A DNA stretch of 63,252 nt, counting the filler, from Octopus bimaculoides (taxonomy: Eukaryota): NCBI RefSeq assembly GCF_001194135.2. It is 8 parts of 5 records of this genome, joined end to end, with 100 filler letters (N's around TTAATTAATTAA, not from the genome) between each part and the next. Parts side by side here need not be neighbours in the genome. Positions count along the whole stretch, not along the records: positions 13,831 to 28,331 come from NC_068987.1; positions 28,432 to 31,437 come from NC_068986.1; positions 31,538 to 33,882 come from NC_068999.1; positions 33,983 to 47,108 come from NC_068986.1; 4 more parts are not named here. The stretch is one strand, 5' to 3'. The first letter of the stretch is position 1, and each line of letters starts with the position of its first letter. Positions 26,329-39,529 of the stretch are shown piece after piece. The notes under the pieces are model-generated. The model had not been told where the DNA came from and made no database searches. It saw only the letters and a list, made by a program, of their open reading frames with translations. Made by a program: the position numbers and the translations under genes.

Positions 26329-27608
26329 TCTATATATATAAAAATGAGAATGTGTGTCTGTCTGTCTGTCTGTCTGTGTGAATCCCTAAAACTCGAGAAC
26401 TACGCAACCAATTTCATTCAAATTTTACAGATGCCTTACTTAGGGTTCCAGTTGTGTTCTAGTATAAAAAAAAAATTTTAACTTCTTCCAGAGTTCGAGC
26501 CCACAGCAACATATTTCCTCCACTATTTAAGTATTACGTGTCAAAAGTGAAACAAAAACACTCATGTCAAATACTTTCACTTTAAAAATGAAACTATTCT
26601 ACTAACTGAAACAATCACATTTCGATACTGTAATGACATACTTTCAGAGAGAGAGAGAAAGAGAGAANNNNNNNNNNNNNNNNNNNNNNNNNNNNNNNNN
26701 NNNNNNNNNNNNNNNNNNNNNNNNNNNNNNNNNNNNNNNNNNNNNNNNNNNNNNNNNNNNNNNNNNNNNNNNNNNNNNNNNNNNNNNNNNNNNNNNNNNN
26801 NNNNNNNNNNNNNNNNNNNNNNNNNNNNNNNNNNNNNNNNNNNNNNNNNNNNNNNNNNNNNNNNNNNNNNNNNNNNNNNNNNNNNNNNNNNNNNNNNNNN
26901 NNNNNNNNNNNNNNNNNNNNNNNNNNNNNNNNNNNNNNNNNNNNNNNNNNNNNNNNNNNNNNNNNNNNNNNNNNNNNNNNNNNNNNNNNNNNNNNNNNNN
27001 NNNNNNNNNNNNNNNNNNNNNNNNNNNNNNNNNNNNNNNNNNNNNNNNNNNNNNNNNNNNNNNNNNNNNNNNNNNNNNNNNNNNNNNNNNNNNNNNNNNN
27101 NNNNNNNNNNNNNNNNNNNNNNNNNNNNNNNNNNNNNNNNNNNNNNNNNNNNNNNNNNNNNNNNNNNNNNNNNNNNNNNNNNNNNNNNNNNNNNNNNNNN
27201 NNNNNNNNNNNNNNNNNNNNNNNNNNNNNNNNNCTTTCAGATATACTTACATTGTGATTTCTGCAATGTGGTGCATAAATTGTCAAGTAAATGAGACGCA
27301 TCTTTGCCTCCACTGATTCACTTGCAAAGTGTTGAGTAAAATTATTTCGTTGCAGACCTCCTTTGGGTCTTTTTATTATCACTACGACACACATAGTCCC
27401 CAGTTGGTAACATTGATTTCAAGGCCCTCCTAGATGAGAGACTGGCATTCCACTTAATGTTTATGTTCCATGCTGGCATGGATTGGAGAGTTATTAATGT
27501 AGAAATATGGTATCGTAGCTACTAACAGTTGAGGGTTGCGTAGTCTAGACGGCGTTTTTAGATTTCATTATTCTCTTTAACCCGGGCAAAGCCGGGTATT
27601 TCTGCTAG
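26329..27608 (+). mobile_element. Non-autonomous Helitron (internal gap 26668-27233)
   Basis: 5' A|TCTATATATATAAAAATGAGAATGTGTGTCTGTCTG; 3' hairpin ACCCGG-GCAAAG-CCGGGT (27580-27597) followed by CTAG|T; inserted between A and T. Confidence 0.85.
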
Positions 27609-28051
27609 TGTATTATATTGATAGGTAGCTGTAAGTCTGTAAAACTAAAACAGCTCTGAATTGCCATTAAAACGGTTCATGGGATGGAATGAAATGTCTT
27701 AAATTTTCACTGGTCATAGAATCTCGGAAGGTTGTGGTATAATTTTCTGTAGTTCTGAGTAAAATAATCCTTTAGAATTCATGTCAGGCTCATTGGAGTT
27801 ATCACTCAAACTCCAGATATGTCTTGAGAAGGCGGTGGCTGTCTTTCTGGTTTGGTTCCGAAAGTTGTGCATGTGTGGTTATGTCGAATTTTAAAGCTGT
27901 TAGCCGTTAAACACAAACCAATATGCTTGTCGGTGCATTTGATTTCAGCATAATTGTGTGTGTGTGTGAGTGCAGATGTGTGCGCGTGCGTTTGTGTGTG
28001 AGAGAGAGAGAGTGTATGCGTGTGCATGCGAGTTTGTGGGTGTGTATATAC

Positions 28052-28117
<66 letters not shown>

Positions 28118-28431
28118 ATGGGTGAGGTAAGTGTGTCCGTGCGTTGGAAGTACTCGCTAAAAACAAAGTACGAACACTCTCAGTGTTATTCTAATCTCTC
28201 CTCACAATTATGTAATCCAAATGAATAAATGCACATGCATGTATATATACATATATACATATACATCTACATATGTATGTATTATATATACATGCAAATA
28301 TAACGCACATATATAAAAAAGCATGTGGTATNNNNNNNNNNNNNNNNNNNNNNNNNNNNNNNNNNNNNNNNNNNNTTAATTAATTAANNNNNNNNNNNNN
28401 NNNNNNNNNNNNNNNNNNNNNNNNNNNNNNN

Positions 28432-28464
<33 letters not shown>

Positions 28465-28839
28465 GAGAGAGAGAGAAAGCGAGAAAGAGAGAAAGAGAGA
28501 AGGAGAGAGAGAAGCTAGATTGTTATCCGTCATGTGATGGGTAACTTCTGACGCATATTTCTGCCACCATGGGCAATATCAGAAAATATGACACACATAC
28601 AATTATTATAATTTGATTTTTATTAAATTTCTTGATGCTTATACAAAACGCTGAAATGATTATTAACTTTTAAAAGAAAAATATTTATTACCTTAAAATT
28701 CAATAAAACATATTTCTCATTTTTATATTTGCAATAAATATATGTTACTATTTTTTCTAAATTTTATCGGTATAATCGCAGTCTACTCCACTGGAAACCT
28801 ATCTCTGTAAAATTTCGTTGAAACAATATGTATTTTCAG

Positions 28840-28944
28840 AATGTTATCATTGGGTGGCTCCAAGCCTCGTGTATTCTACATCTCTTTTAATATTAACCCT
28901 CTCTGTATCTTACTTTCATTGTATTTTGCCCCTCCGTATACAAG
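28840..28944 (+). CDS. Weak candidate exon
   Basis: TATTTTCAG| ... AAG|GTAAAG, 105 nt, two open frames; no homology recognised. Confidence 0.25.
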
Positions 28945-28972
28945 GTAAAGCGTGCGCGCGTGTGTGTACGTG

Positions 28973-29017
<45 letters not shown>

Positions 29018-29288
29018 CGTTGCTATTATGGAAAAGTGTCGTAAGTCCAAAACGTTGCTTTTTTTAAGAAAACGGGAAACTAGTTTCATCATTCCATAGC
29101 AAAACCATTGTACTACACTTTGACAATTTCTGATATCATGGCATCTGAAGCAGCTGGAGATACCATTGTTTGACTAAAAGAACCGGCTATTGCAAGCAAA
29201 AATGCATGTTGAAAAGAAAAAAACAAAAAACCCATTTGGTGAAATTTAGAAAGTTTAACATAATACCAAAGATATATAAATATAAATA

Positions 29289-30370
29289 CAGGGTGCGAGG
29301 GGTATTTGAGGACATTTTGTTTTTAGTTCATTACATCTTGAAATTTTCTAACACATTATTATTATTATTCTTTTTTTGTTTCAGCTAACCCTTTCAAGAT
29401 ATTATGCTAATTTAAAAAATGAAAGGATATGCAGTCATAGTTGCTAGACATGTAGACCACAGTGATTTAGAAATTAGCATCTTTCTAAATGATGCAAGTT
29501 CATTTGTACACAAAGTTCGGTTGGAATTGGAGGCATGTGATGGTAATATTTCACCTGTATCAAAGAGAATTGAACACTCACAACGCTCAGACACTAAAAG
29601 GACACCGGAAATTATACCACATGTCCAAAACTTTATTAATAAAAACCCCTGAAGGTCAATGAAGTCCATTGCTAAAGAACTTCGGGTGGTACGTCGTGTT
29701 ATTCGATACAAGTCCTATTTATTGAGGGAAGGTCAATTCGTGTCTGCAATGACACAGACGAACCGTCTCATCCGTTTCAAACGGTTACTTAACAAAGTGA
29801 AAAACCCTCATGAAAAAGGCATGCTTTGGTTTTTATCTAACGAAAATAACTTTGACCAGGTTCAAAAGTCTAACAGAAAAAATGACAAGTGGTTATATGC
29901 AGATCTTTCTGAAATACCCAGAGTGATGCACTCGAAATTTCCAGCAACTGTGATGATTTTAGGATTGGTGAGTAGCGAAGGTCATGTGATGCCTCCCCAC
30001 TTTTTTCTGCAGGGTCTTAGAATTAATGCTGCTGGATACATTGAGGTACTGGAAATTGTTTCAACAAGACTCAGCACCTTCTCATAAAGCCCTAGTCACC
30101 CACGAATGGTTGTCAGACAATCTTTACGATTATGTAACACCCAATATGTGGCCTCCAAGCTCGCCAGATTTGAACCTCATGGACGACTACGTGAGGAGCG
30201 CTGTTAAAAGGGAGACTAATCGTCATCCTCATGATACCATAGCTTCACTGCAGGTCGCCATTGTCCAGGTAATGTCCAAAATAAATAAGGAACATATAGT
30301 GTCAGCATGACAGCGGTTTCGGTCCTGCATTGGAGCAGTCACCGAAGCCGATGGCGGTTTCATAAAATAA
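29289..30370 (+). mobile_element. maT (DD37D) transposon relic
   Basis: Begins TA|CAGGGTG; MKSIAKELRV, HSKFPATVMILGLVSSEGHVMPP, FQQDSAPSH...WPPSSPDLNLMD with 37 residues between the second and third catalytic D; first D mutated (FLSNE). Confidence 0.88.
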
Positions 30371-30519
30371 TAATCGGCTTAAAAATTCATGATCAAGACT
30401 AATAAATACCACACAAATGCGTATTAGAGTCGATTTGTTCGCCTAAGCCTTTCAAGGTGGTGCTCCAGCTTGGTCGTAGTCCCATGACTAAAACAAGTAA
30501 CACATATAAGATGCAACCA

Positions 30520-31082
30520 CCACATTACGATATTCCTATAATCACCACTACCACTGCAACCAAGACTACTACAATCGTAATACTATCACTGTAACTACAG
30601 CACCACTATCACTACACTGCTACCATACGATCACTAGTTTCATAATCGTATCACCACCATACAACTACAACCAACACATTCACTACAACCACACCACAAG
30701 TACAAGTACCAGTATTATGGTCATACTACCATCACACAACAACCGCAGTACAACTTACACCATTAATGCAACTACCACTCTCACTACAACCTATACTGTC
30801 ACCGCTAAAAGTAAACCTACTGCAACAGTCACCATCACAGCCAACACCACCACCATGACAACCACAACCACGACAAACATCGGCACAAATACGACCACGA
30901 CGACCACCACTATCACTACCACCAATACTGTCACCACTACAAGCAACTATACTACAACAACCACTGCCGTAGCAAGCACCACCACCACTATATTTACAAA
31001 CGCCACCACAGCAGCCGCTAACACTACAACCATAACCACAATTACATTGACCATTAAAAACCACTTTCACTAGAATCATCTT

Positions 31083-31123
<41 letters not shown>

Positions 31124-31129
31124 TTACTA

Positions 31130-31175
<46 letters not shown>

Positions 31176-31249
31176 AACTACTACTATTACTACTACTACT
31201 ACTACTACTATTACTACTACAATTACTACTACAACTACTACTATTACAA

Positions 31250-31292
<43 letters not shown>

Positions 31293-31311
31293 AACTACTA
31301 CTATTACTACT

Positions 31312-31343
<32 letters not shown>

Positions 31344-31437
31344 AACTACTACTGCTGGTGCTGGTGCTGCTACTACTACTACCCTACTACTACTACAACC
31401 ATCACCACCACCAATCGCCGCCACCAACACCACCACC
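30520..31437. repeat. Degenerate-to-pure (ACT/ACC/ACA)n trinucleotide tract
   Basis: Pure (CTA)n at 31083-31390 with degenerate flank; source of Thr- and Val-rich pseudo-ORFs. Confidence 0.9.
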
Positions 31438-31537
31438 NNNNNNNNNNNNNNNNNNNNNNNNNNNNNNNNNNNNNNNNNNNNTTAATTAATTAANNNNNNN
31501 NNNNNNNNNNNNNNNNNNNNNNNNNNNNNNNNNNNNN

Positions 31538-31855
31538 AAATTAACGTGCAAGTGGCTGAGCACTCCACAGACACGTGTACCCTTAACGTAGTTCTCAGGG
31601 GATATTCAGCGTGACACAGAGTGTGACAAGGCTGGCCCCTTTGAAATACAGGTACAACAGAAAGAGGAAGAAAGAGTGAAAGAAAGTTGTGGTGAAAGAG
31701 TACAGCAGGGTTCGCTACCATCTCCTGTCGGAGCCTCGTGGAGCTTTTAGGTGTTTTCGCTCAATAAACACTCACAACGCCCGGTCTGGGAATCGAAACC
31801 GCAATCCTATGACTGCGAGTCCGCTGTCCTAACCACTGGGCCACTGCGCCTCCAC
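31538..31855 (-). mobile_element. tRNA-derived SINE family C
   Basis: Minus strand starts GGAGGCGCAGTGGCCCAGTGGTTAGG...GGTTTCGATTCCC (A and B boxes); second copy at 35423-35790. Confidence 0.85.
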
Positions 31856-31914
31856 AAACTAATACACTAGAGAGCTTCTAACAGAAATATGAAATAGTAT
31901 TAATAATTACACTG

Positions 31915-32130
31915 TAAGGCGGCGAACGGGCAGAGAGTCGTTACCACACCGGGCAAAATGCTTAGCGGCATCGCGTCCATCTTCCATCGAAGTCGACTTT
32001 ACCTGTCTTCCTTTTGGGGTCGATAAAATAAGAACTGGTTGATCACTGTGGTTAATGTAATCGACTTATCCCTCCCCACCGTCCGCGCCCCACGAAATTG
32101 TTGGTCTGATGCCAAATTTTCGAACCAGTA
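31915..32130 (+). mobile_element. SINE family B
   Basis: AAGGCGGCGA..GCAG..CGTTA..GTCGACTTT..CCTTTTGGGGTCGATAAAATAAG..GTAATCGACTT; copies at 36225-36420, 37500-37630 and 37665-37850. Confidence 0.75.
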
Positions 32131-33196
32131 TTAATTAATACACTTGAGAGCTTCTAACACCGAAATATTAATATACTATACCTGATGGTGATATAGTTTT
32201 AACATTCACTGCTTGCACAACGAGGCTATGTAAACTTATACGAAAGTGGGATTTACACATATTAATGTGTTCTTAACACATCAAAGCCGTATTTAACACA
32301 ACAACGGCAGAATGATGTAAGATGGTGTTAACAGCGTTTAAGCAATGTTAACACATTAGGACAATATTAACATGTCAAAGTAAGGTGCAATATTGAGACA
32401 ATGTTAGTGCATTTAGTGAAACGGAACATATCAAAGCGATGTTGACATATTAATATGCCATGATTATTACATCAAGACAATTTTAACATATTAAATCGAT
32501 GTTCATACCGGCGGCCATGTTAACAAATTATTCTATAACGTTATACTTCTTTTTTTTTGTTTTGTTTTTTTTTTGCTTTTGTTTTGTGTTGTGTGGTTTT
32601 GTTTTGTTTGCTGATTTAATTTCATTTTAGGCTTCGTATATTTCTCCAACCTTTTCCCCCATTATCTAAAAGAGTTTACACTTCAGATATTTCACGTGAT
32701 TTAAACCGTTTTTAGCACCACCACCCTTTCAACACTACCACCACCACCACCACCACCACCACACCCACCACCATCACCACCACCATCACCATCACCACAA
32801 CCACCACCATCACCACAACCNNNNNNNNNNNNNNNNNNNNNNNNNNNNNNNNNNNNNNNNNNNNNNNNNNNNNNNNNNNNNNNNNNNNNNNNNNNNNNNN
32901 NNNNNNNNNNNNNNNNNNNNNNNNNNNNNNNNNNNNNNNNNNNNNNNNNNNNNNNNNNNNNNNNNNNNNNNNNNNNNNNNNNNNNNNNNNNNNNNNNNNN
33001 NNNNNNNNNNNNNNNNNNNNNNNNNNNNNNNNNNNNNNNNNNNNNNNNNNNNNNNNNNNNNNNNNNNNNNNNNNNNNNNNNNNNNNNNNNNNNNNNNNNN
33101 NNNNNNNNNNNNNNNNNNNNNNNNNCATAACAACACTGGGAACATAAACCATCAGCGTTGACGATTGCCTCAATGAAGACAAGTGACCTAATAATT

Positions 33197-33255
<59 letters not shown>

Positions 33256-33334
33256 ACTATTACTGCTGCTGCTACTACTACTACTACCACTACTACTACC
33301 ACTACCACTACTACTACTGCTGCTGCTGCTGCTT

Positions 33335-33397
<63 letters not shown>

Positions 33398-33459
33398 TTT
33401 TTTTAAAAGGATTGACGTAAAAAAAATAAAACATCTAAAATCGCACTCTTCGTCTTGAC

Positions 33460-33499
<40 letters not shown>

Positions 33500-33510
<11 letters not shown>

Positions 33511-33826
33511 GGGGCTGATTCCTACTTAGCTCAGATACCAGGGAACCCCAAAATGGCAGAAATTCAAAAGACGGTGCTCATGGGAACTGCCCATATATCC
33601 TACGTATAATGCTGTCTATGTAATCTCTAAATTTAAAACAAACTTATCATTTTCTTATGTTCTCTGAAACATTCTCTGGAACAAAATACTATGTTCAAAA
33701 CCAAACATTTGACACCCTAGGCATAATACCAACCTGAAATTCTAACTTGTTGTCTCTTGAGGTCTCTGGGCAAGACTTGGAGTCAACTTGTACAAATGCA
33801 AAGCTAAATTCAAACATATAATAATT

Positions 33827-33830
<4 letters not shown>
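33500..33830 (+). mobile_element. R4/Dong-type LINE 3' end flanked by (AAT)n
   Basis: EIQKTVLMGTAHI..LSM* followed by 3'UTR; (AAT)n at 33462-33507 and 33820-33882. Confidence 0.7.
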
Positions 33831-33882
<52 letters not shown>

Positions 33883-34659
33883 NNNNNNNNNNNNNNNNNN
33901 NNNNNNNNNNNNNNNNNNNNNNNNNNTTAATTAATTAANNNNNNNNNNNNNNNNNNNNNNNNNNNNNNNNNNNNNNNNNNNNCACCACCACCTCCACCAC
34001 CACCACCACCACCTCCTCCTCCTCCACATACACGGATTGTTTTATCTACAAGCAGCTAACTGCTGGAGAAAGTTTTGTTTTACGTAAGATTTTTGCAGGA
34101 GGTCATCACGATTTTGGTATCTCCCAACAGTATTACTATACACTCGCTGCCAGCGATTAACAAATATTAAGTTTACCTGGCAACAATGCCCACTGGTCTA
34201 TGAAACGTGGCTATCATCTTTAATGTTTTTGTTTATAAGTTTAAGTAGTTGCAAAAAGGACTGCGAACCGCGATGTCGGAAGGCCCCCACCACGCCCACT
34301 CGACTCTCGAACTTTTGATATTTGATAGAGCTAGTGGCTGGTTTCAGTATTAGAATATCTGCAGGAATAGAGAAGACAGAACAAAAAGGAATCTGGAATC
34401 CGGGGTAAAAACGATGGCAGTAATAAGAAGTGGTGCTGAAGTCCGGATTTCGATAATTCTACGTAAATCTCTCCGAGTCGAGGTTAAACCACGACTACAA
34501 CCATTTATATGACTAAAATGAGGTTACTGCAGCCAAAATAACGAGTGAGAAGATGATGACAATACGCCTGTGTTATAGAGCTTTTACTTGTTTCAGTCAT
34601 GAGACGACGGCCAAGCTGGAGTACCACTTGAAGAAACTAAAAAAAAAAACTAAAAGAAG

Positions 34660-34900
34660 CTGAGAGTGAAGAAGCCTGTCGCGTGTCTGTGTGCACGCGC
34701 GCGTCTTTGCAATTGTATTTCCCCCCACCCCATCCCAGCCACCGCTTGACAACCGTTGTTGGTTTGTTTAAGTCCCCGTAAGCTAGTGATTCGTTACAAA
34801 GAGACCTATTGAATAAGTACCAAGCTTAGAAAAAGTAAGTAATGGGGTCAGTTATGCTCCAGTATGGCCGCAGTCCAATGACTGAAACAAGCTAAAAAAG
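34660..34900 (+). mobile_element. SINE family A, 3' half (degenerate)
   Basis: CGCTTGACAACC..GTCCCCGTAA..GAATAAGTAC..GCTCCAGTATGGCCGCAGTCCAATGACTGAAACAAG. Confidence 0.75.
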
Positions 34901-35378
34901 ATATATATATATATATATATATAAATATATATATATATAGCATCAACCACCACCACCCTATCACCATCACCACTCTTATATACCATCCCTTCTCTATCTA
35001 CCTCCCACTTTCCATATTCCGCTAAAATAACCACCCCTTCTGCCACCCATTGTCAGCCTAACTACATACCCGAGCATCCACCCGCACACCTGTTGCACTC
35101 AAGGTAGGTAGAGTTTCTCGCTGTTTAGCACCTGCCTGACAACTTTCCAAACTCACACCCCGACAATTAAGGTACCAGGACAATAAAGGTACTACATCAG
35201 CTCACCACCACAGCCGACCATGGCCACCCTGGAGGAGCTGTAAAATAGGAGGGCGTGGAGCGGGTCGGAGTTGCGACTTACACATGCTGATTGTTTTGAC
35301 ATTGATATCACAGCCCACACACGCCCCTCCATGAGGATAATTATTATGTATGTATGTGTGTGTACGTATATGTATATA

Positions 35379-35422
<44 letters not shown>

Positions 35423-35423
<1 letters not shown>

Positions 35424-35790
35424 TGGCACTCCGTCGGTTACGACGACGAGCTTTCCTGTTGATCTGATCAACGGAACAGCCTGCTCGTGAAATTAATGTG
35501 CAAGTGGCTGAGCACTCCACAGACACGTGTACCCTTAACGTAGTTGTCGGGGGGATTCAGCGTGACACAGTGTGTAATAAAGCCGGCACTTTGAAATACA
35601 GGTACAAGAGAAACAAGAAGAAAGAGTGAGAGAAAGTTGTGGTGAAAGAGTACAGCAGAGTTCGCCACCACCACCCCTGCCGGAGCCTCGTGGAGTTTTA
35701 GGTGTTTACGCTCGATAAACACTCACAACAACCGGTCTAGGAATCGAAACCGAGATCCTACGACTGCGAGTCTGCTGCCCTAACCACTGC
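35423..35790 (-). mobile_element. SINE family C copy with its 3' end
   Basis: High similarity to 31538-31855, plus terminal CGTAACCGACGGAGTGCCAC. Confidence 0.85.
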
Positions 35791-35819
35791 CCTAACCATA
35801 TATGTATTTATATATTTTA

Positions 35820-35957
35820 TCATCATCGTTTAACGTCCATTTTCCATACTGGCATGGGTTCGACGGTTTGACTGGGGACTGGTAAGCCAGGAGAGCGCAG
35901 CAGGCCCCAATCTGATCTGGTAATGTTTCTACAGCCGGATGCCCTTCCTAACGCCAA
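35820..35957 (-). mobile_element. RTE-type 3' tail element
   Basis: CATCATCGTTTAACGTCCATTTTCCAT..GGCATGGGTT..GGATGCCCTTCCTAACGCCAA. Confidence 0.65.
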
Positions 35958-36074
35958 TACACACACACACACACATATAAATAGATAGATAGATAGATAC
36001 ATGTTATAAATTGTAGAATTATAAACAGCAAATTTAAGCCACTTCGCAGACTGAAAAAAAAATATGAACAAGCG

Positions 36075-36224
36075 TTCAGTTTCCTTCTACCAAATCCACG
36101 AACAAGGCTTTGGTCAACCCGAGGCCGTAGTAGGTGACACCTGTCCAAGGTGCCATGCAGTGGGACTGAACTCGGAACCATAAGATTGGGGAGCAAGTTT
36201 CTTACCACACAGCCATGCCTGCGC
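36075..36224 (-). mobile_element. SINE family A head, abutting a family B copy (36225-36420, +)
   Basis: Reverse complement GCGCAGGCATGGCTGTGTGGTAAGAAACTTGCT..GAGTTCAGTCCCACTGCATGGCACCTTGG. Confidence 0.8.
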
Positions 36225-38394
36225 ACGTTAGCACGCCGGACGAAATGCGTTGCGGTATTTCGTCTGTGTTTATGTTCTGAGTTCAAATTCCACCGAGGTC
36301 GACTTTGCCTTTCATCCTTTCGGGATCGATTAAATAAGTACCAGTTGCGCATTGGGGTCGATGTAATCCACTTAATCCATTTTTCTATCCTTGTTTGTCC
36401 CTTCTTTATTTAATCCCTCTCTGGGTAATAAAAAAATACATATATACATACATACATAAACGCACATACATGCGTTGTGCGCATGTGCGCGTGTGCAGCG
36501 GTGAAGCAGGAGAGATGAAATGTCAAACTAAATACATGACAGGGTTCGGTAGCATGTCCCCAATTCGTGTTCGATGTTAATAATGAGCTCTTCCACATAG
36601 CAGGCGGGTCAGTCGATTAGGTAAATACCAGTTGTACATTAGGGTCGATATAATTTAGTAAACTACCTTCGCTCCAAGAGAGTGTTCCTGTCGACAGTAA
36701 CCAGTACGGGAAGGGAGTCAGTTGAGGTAGTTCCCAAAATAGGGGAATCTAGAGACACGTGTATATTTGGATGGTGGGGTGGAGTCGGTTGATGGGGTGG
36801 GGGAGATAATTTTAAGGATTAAGGTTAAATCTTGCTTCAGGGATTAAAAACAGTGTAAAGAGAAAATAGGAGAGTAAAATTTTAAATAAGAGATTCAGAG
36901 AAAATGGATAAGTATTGAATGGGGGGAGAGAGAGAGAGGATAGTTGAGTAAATATATGTTAGCGACTTGAAAAACAGTAAATATGTATGGTACTTTATGT
37001 GGGATGGGGGTGTATACAGACAGACACACGCGCGCACACACACACATCTCCATGTTTTTCTCAATTTATCCCGGACAAAGGTTAAAGTTGAAACCGGAAG
37101 CTGTTCCGATTACTATCGTGCTGTGTCCGGGCATTGCTCACGTGTGGAGTTATGTCGAACAATTAGTTATCGGACGGATCCTTCTATCAGCCGGGTCCAT
37201 TGTAACGATAGCTGCGCCGCCTTCCTTTAATCGGGTAGGTAGGGCGGTTTTCCTATTCTCTATTGGCAAGAAATCTTGAAATAAACTGAATAATGACACA
37301 CACACACACACACACATACATACACACACATACACACACACACACACACACATACATACATACATACATACACACACATACACACATACATACATACATA
37401 CGTGCGTGTTTATGTGGGGGGAGTGAATGCGCAATTGTTCCCGCGAGTATTTGTTTATTACATTATATACAATGTTTAACAGATATATGTATTTATTTGC
37501 CGCGCTGAGGTCGACTTTGCCTTTCAACCTTTTAGGTTAGAGAGATATACCAGTTGAGAACTGAGGTCGATGTATTAGACAAGTCGTCTGTCCCCAAAAT
37601 TTCAAGCCTTGTGCCTATAGTAGAAAAGATTATTATCATCATCATCATCATCATCAACATCATCAAGACGGCAAGTTGGCAGGGTGGTTAGGGCATCGAG
37701 AAAAATATTTAGCGGCATTTTTTCCGACTTAATGTTCTGAGTTCAGATTCTACCGAGGTCAAATTTGCCTTTCATCCTTTTGTGGGGTTGATAAAATAAA
37801 TAGCAGTCAAGTGCACGGGTGGATGGACGAGCCTCCTTCTCTTAAATTTCTAGTCTTGTTTTTTATTGTTAGCTAACCTGGATTCAGCACACCCTTCGAT
37901 TCAGTCACAACCATCTGAGATGAGAATTTAAGGAGATTTATCTACTATTTCTAGCATCACGAGTGTCCAGCAAGAGGCTTCTTCGTTGGTTTTTGTTTTG
38001 ATTCTTTGTAACAAAGAGAGAAAATTAAACAAATACGTTATCTTTACATCTCTTATCGCAGTGACTTATCTTGGCGTCGCTAAGTAATGTCGATACAGAC
38101 AGCAATGCGCATGACAATGTCTCTGAGAAACGGATGTTGATTAGTAAGAATCGTAGTGACCTTGAAACACACACAAAAATAAAATAAAATAACGAAACAA
38201 AACAACAATAAATGTACTAATAACAGCAACAGACATGACAGAAGTTTAGATAAATTTGTTATCAAGTACGTTTGTGTGAGTAGGCATCTTACACACACGC
38301 ACACGCACACACGCACAGTACCAGCCTCACATAAAAATATAAATACATGTCTAACATAATGAGCAATAATAGTGATCGAGCAGTGTATCTAAGG

Positions 38395-38593
38395 CAGAGG
38401 TCTCTAAAGTGGTCGATATCGACGCCTAGGGGGCGGGGGAGTGGGTCGATGGGACTATTCAAGGGGTCGCTAAATGCTCATCTACTTAATTATCATCATT
38501 ATTTATTTATTTCCTTGTACATGCCTGGGGGTCGATGATGGGTCAAGGATTCCATGAAAGGGGCGATGGTCTAAAACGTTTGAGGACCCCCTG
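38395..38593. mobile_element. hAT (Charlie-like) MITE
   Basis: Ends CAGAGGTCTCTAAAGT / ACGTTTGAGGACCCCCTG; 8-bp target duplication ATCTAAGG (38387-38394) vs ACCTAAGG (38594-38601). Confidence 0.8.
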
Positions 38594-38902
38594 ACCTAAG
38601 GGATTGCTCACCTGTTACACTAAGCACTCACCTGTGTAGTGGTAAGCAAACAGACACCTAATCGTCTTCTTCACTTTCCACCCAGCAGTTGATTCAGGAT
38701 GTGGGACAAGACCCCTACAACCCTCGGTTGGTTCTCATTACAGGTGAGTAGGATAGAGTAACATAAAATGAAGCGTTGGCTACTGACGTAGTTCTACATA
38801 TACAATGGCTGAATAAAAATCATGATAGTTACACCTGGAACTGCTTTGATCAAAGCACCAGGACTGACCTGTGGCTAAACAAAACCGATAACAGCTGAAG
38901 TA

Positions 38903-39000
38903 CATGGTCCAGTTCTCTAACTCTTGATCCAGCGCTCTGACGCCTGATCCAGCCCTCTAACATCTGACCCAAATCTCTAAAGCCTGATCCAGCTCTAATA
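38903..39000. repeat. ~5 x 20-bp degenerate minisatellite (TGATCCAGCNCTCTAANNNN)
   Basis: TGGTCCAGTTCTCTAACTCT / TGATCCAGCGCTCTGACGCC / TGATCCAGCCCTCTAACATC / TGACCCAAATCTCTAAAGCC / TGATCCAGCTCTAA. Confidence 0.75.
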
Positions 39001-39413
39001 CTATTGCGTAAACGAAGTCTTCCTATGGCATTTAGTACAGTGTAATCACTGAAAACGGGGTCTTTGCATTTGTTTGCCCCACGTCTTCTGGCCATAATGG
39101 TTTCTCCCGTTGGTTAGAACGTATGAGTGTTCCTTTGGATTAGCCTGCGAAATGGCTGTGTAATCCACAGACCACTGTATCGTTGACGTAATTCTCAGCA
39201 AAGATCGTCATGTGGCCGTGTGACATTAATGGACCTTTCAATTATAAACATTTCCCATCGGACGAGCTTCAGCACAGATTCCGTGAACCTAATTTCCCTA
39301 ACAAGGTTTGGGCTGTCCCGAGGCTCTGATAAATGATACTGACCGAAGACGCCGCGCAGTAGGATCGAACCCGGAACTAATAGCTGCGCATTAAACTTAA
39401 CGGCTCTGTCAAT

Positions 39414-39451
<38 letters not shown>

Positions 39452-39491
39452 CATGCGTGCGTGTTNNNNNNNNNNTAACGGCTCTGTCAAT

Positions 39492-39529
<38 letters not shown>

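Noticed and set aside
30717-31436. Mucin-like Thr-rich ORF and poly-Val ORF
   Set aside because: Grades directly into pure (CTA)n; a microsatellite artefact is more parsimonious.
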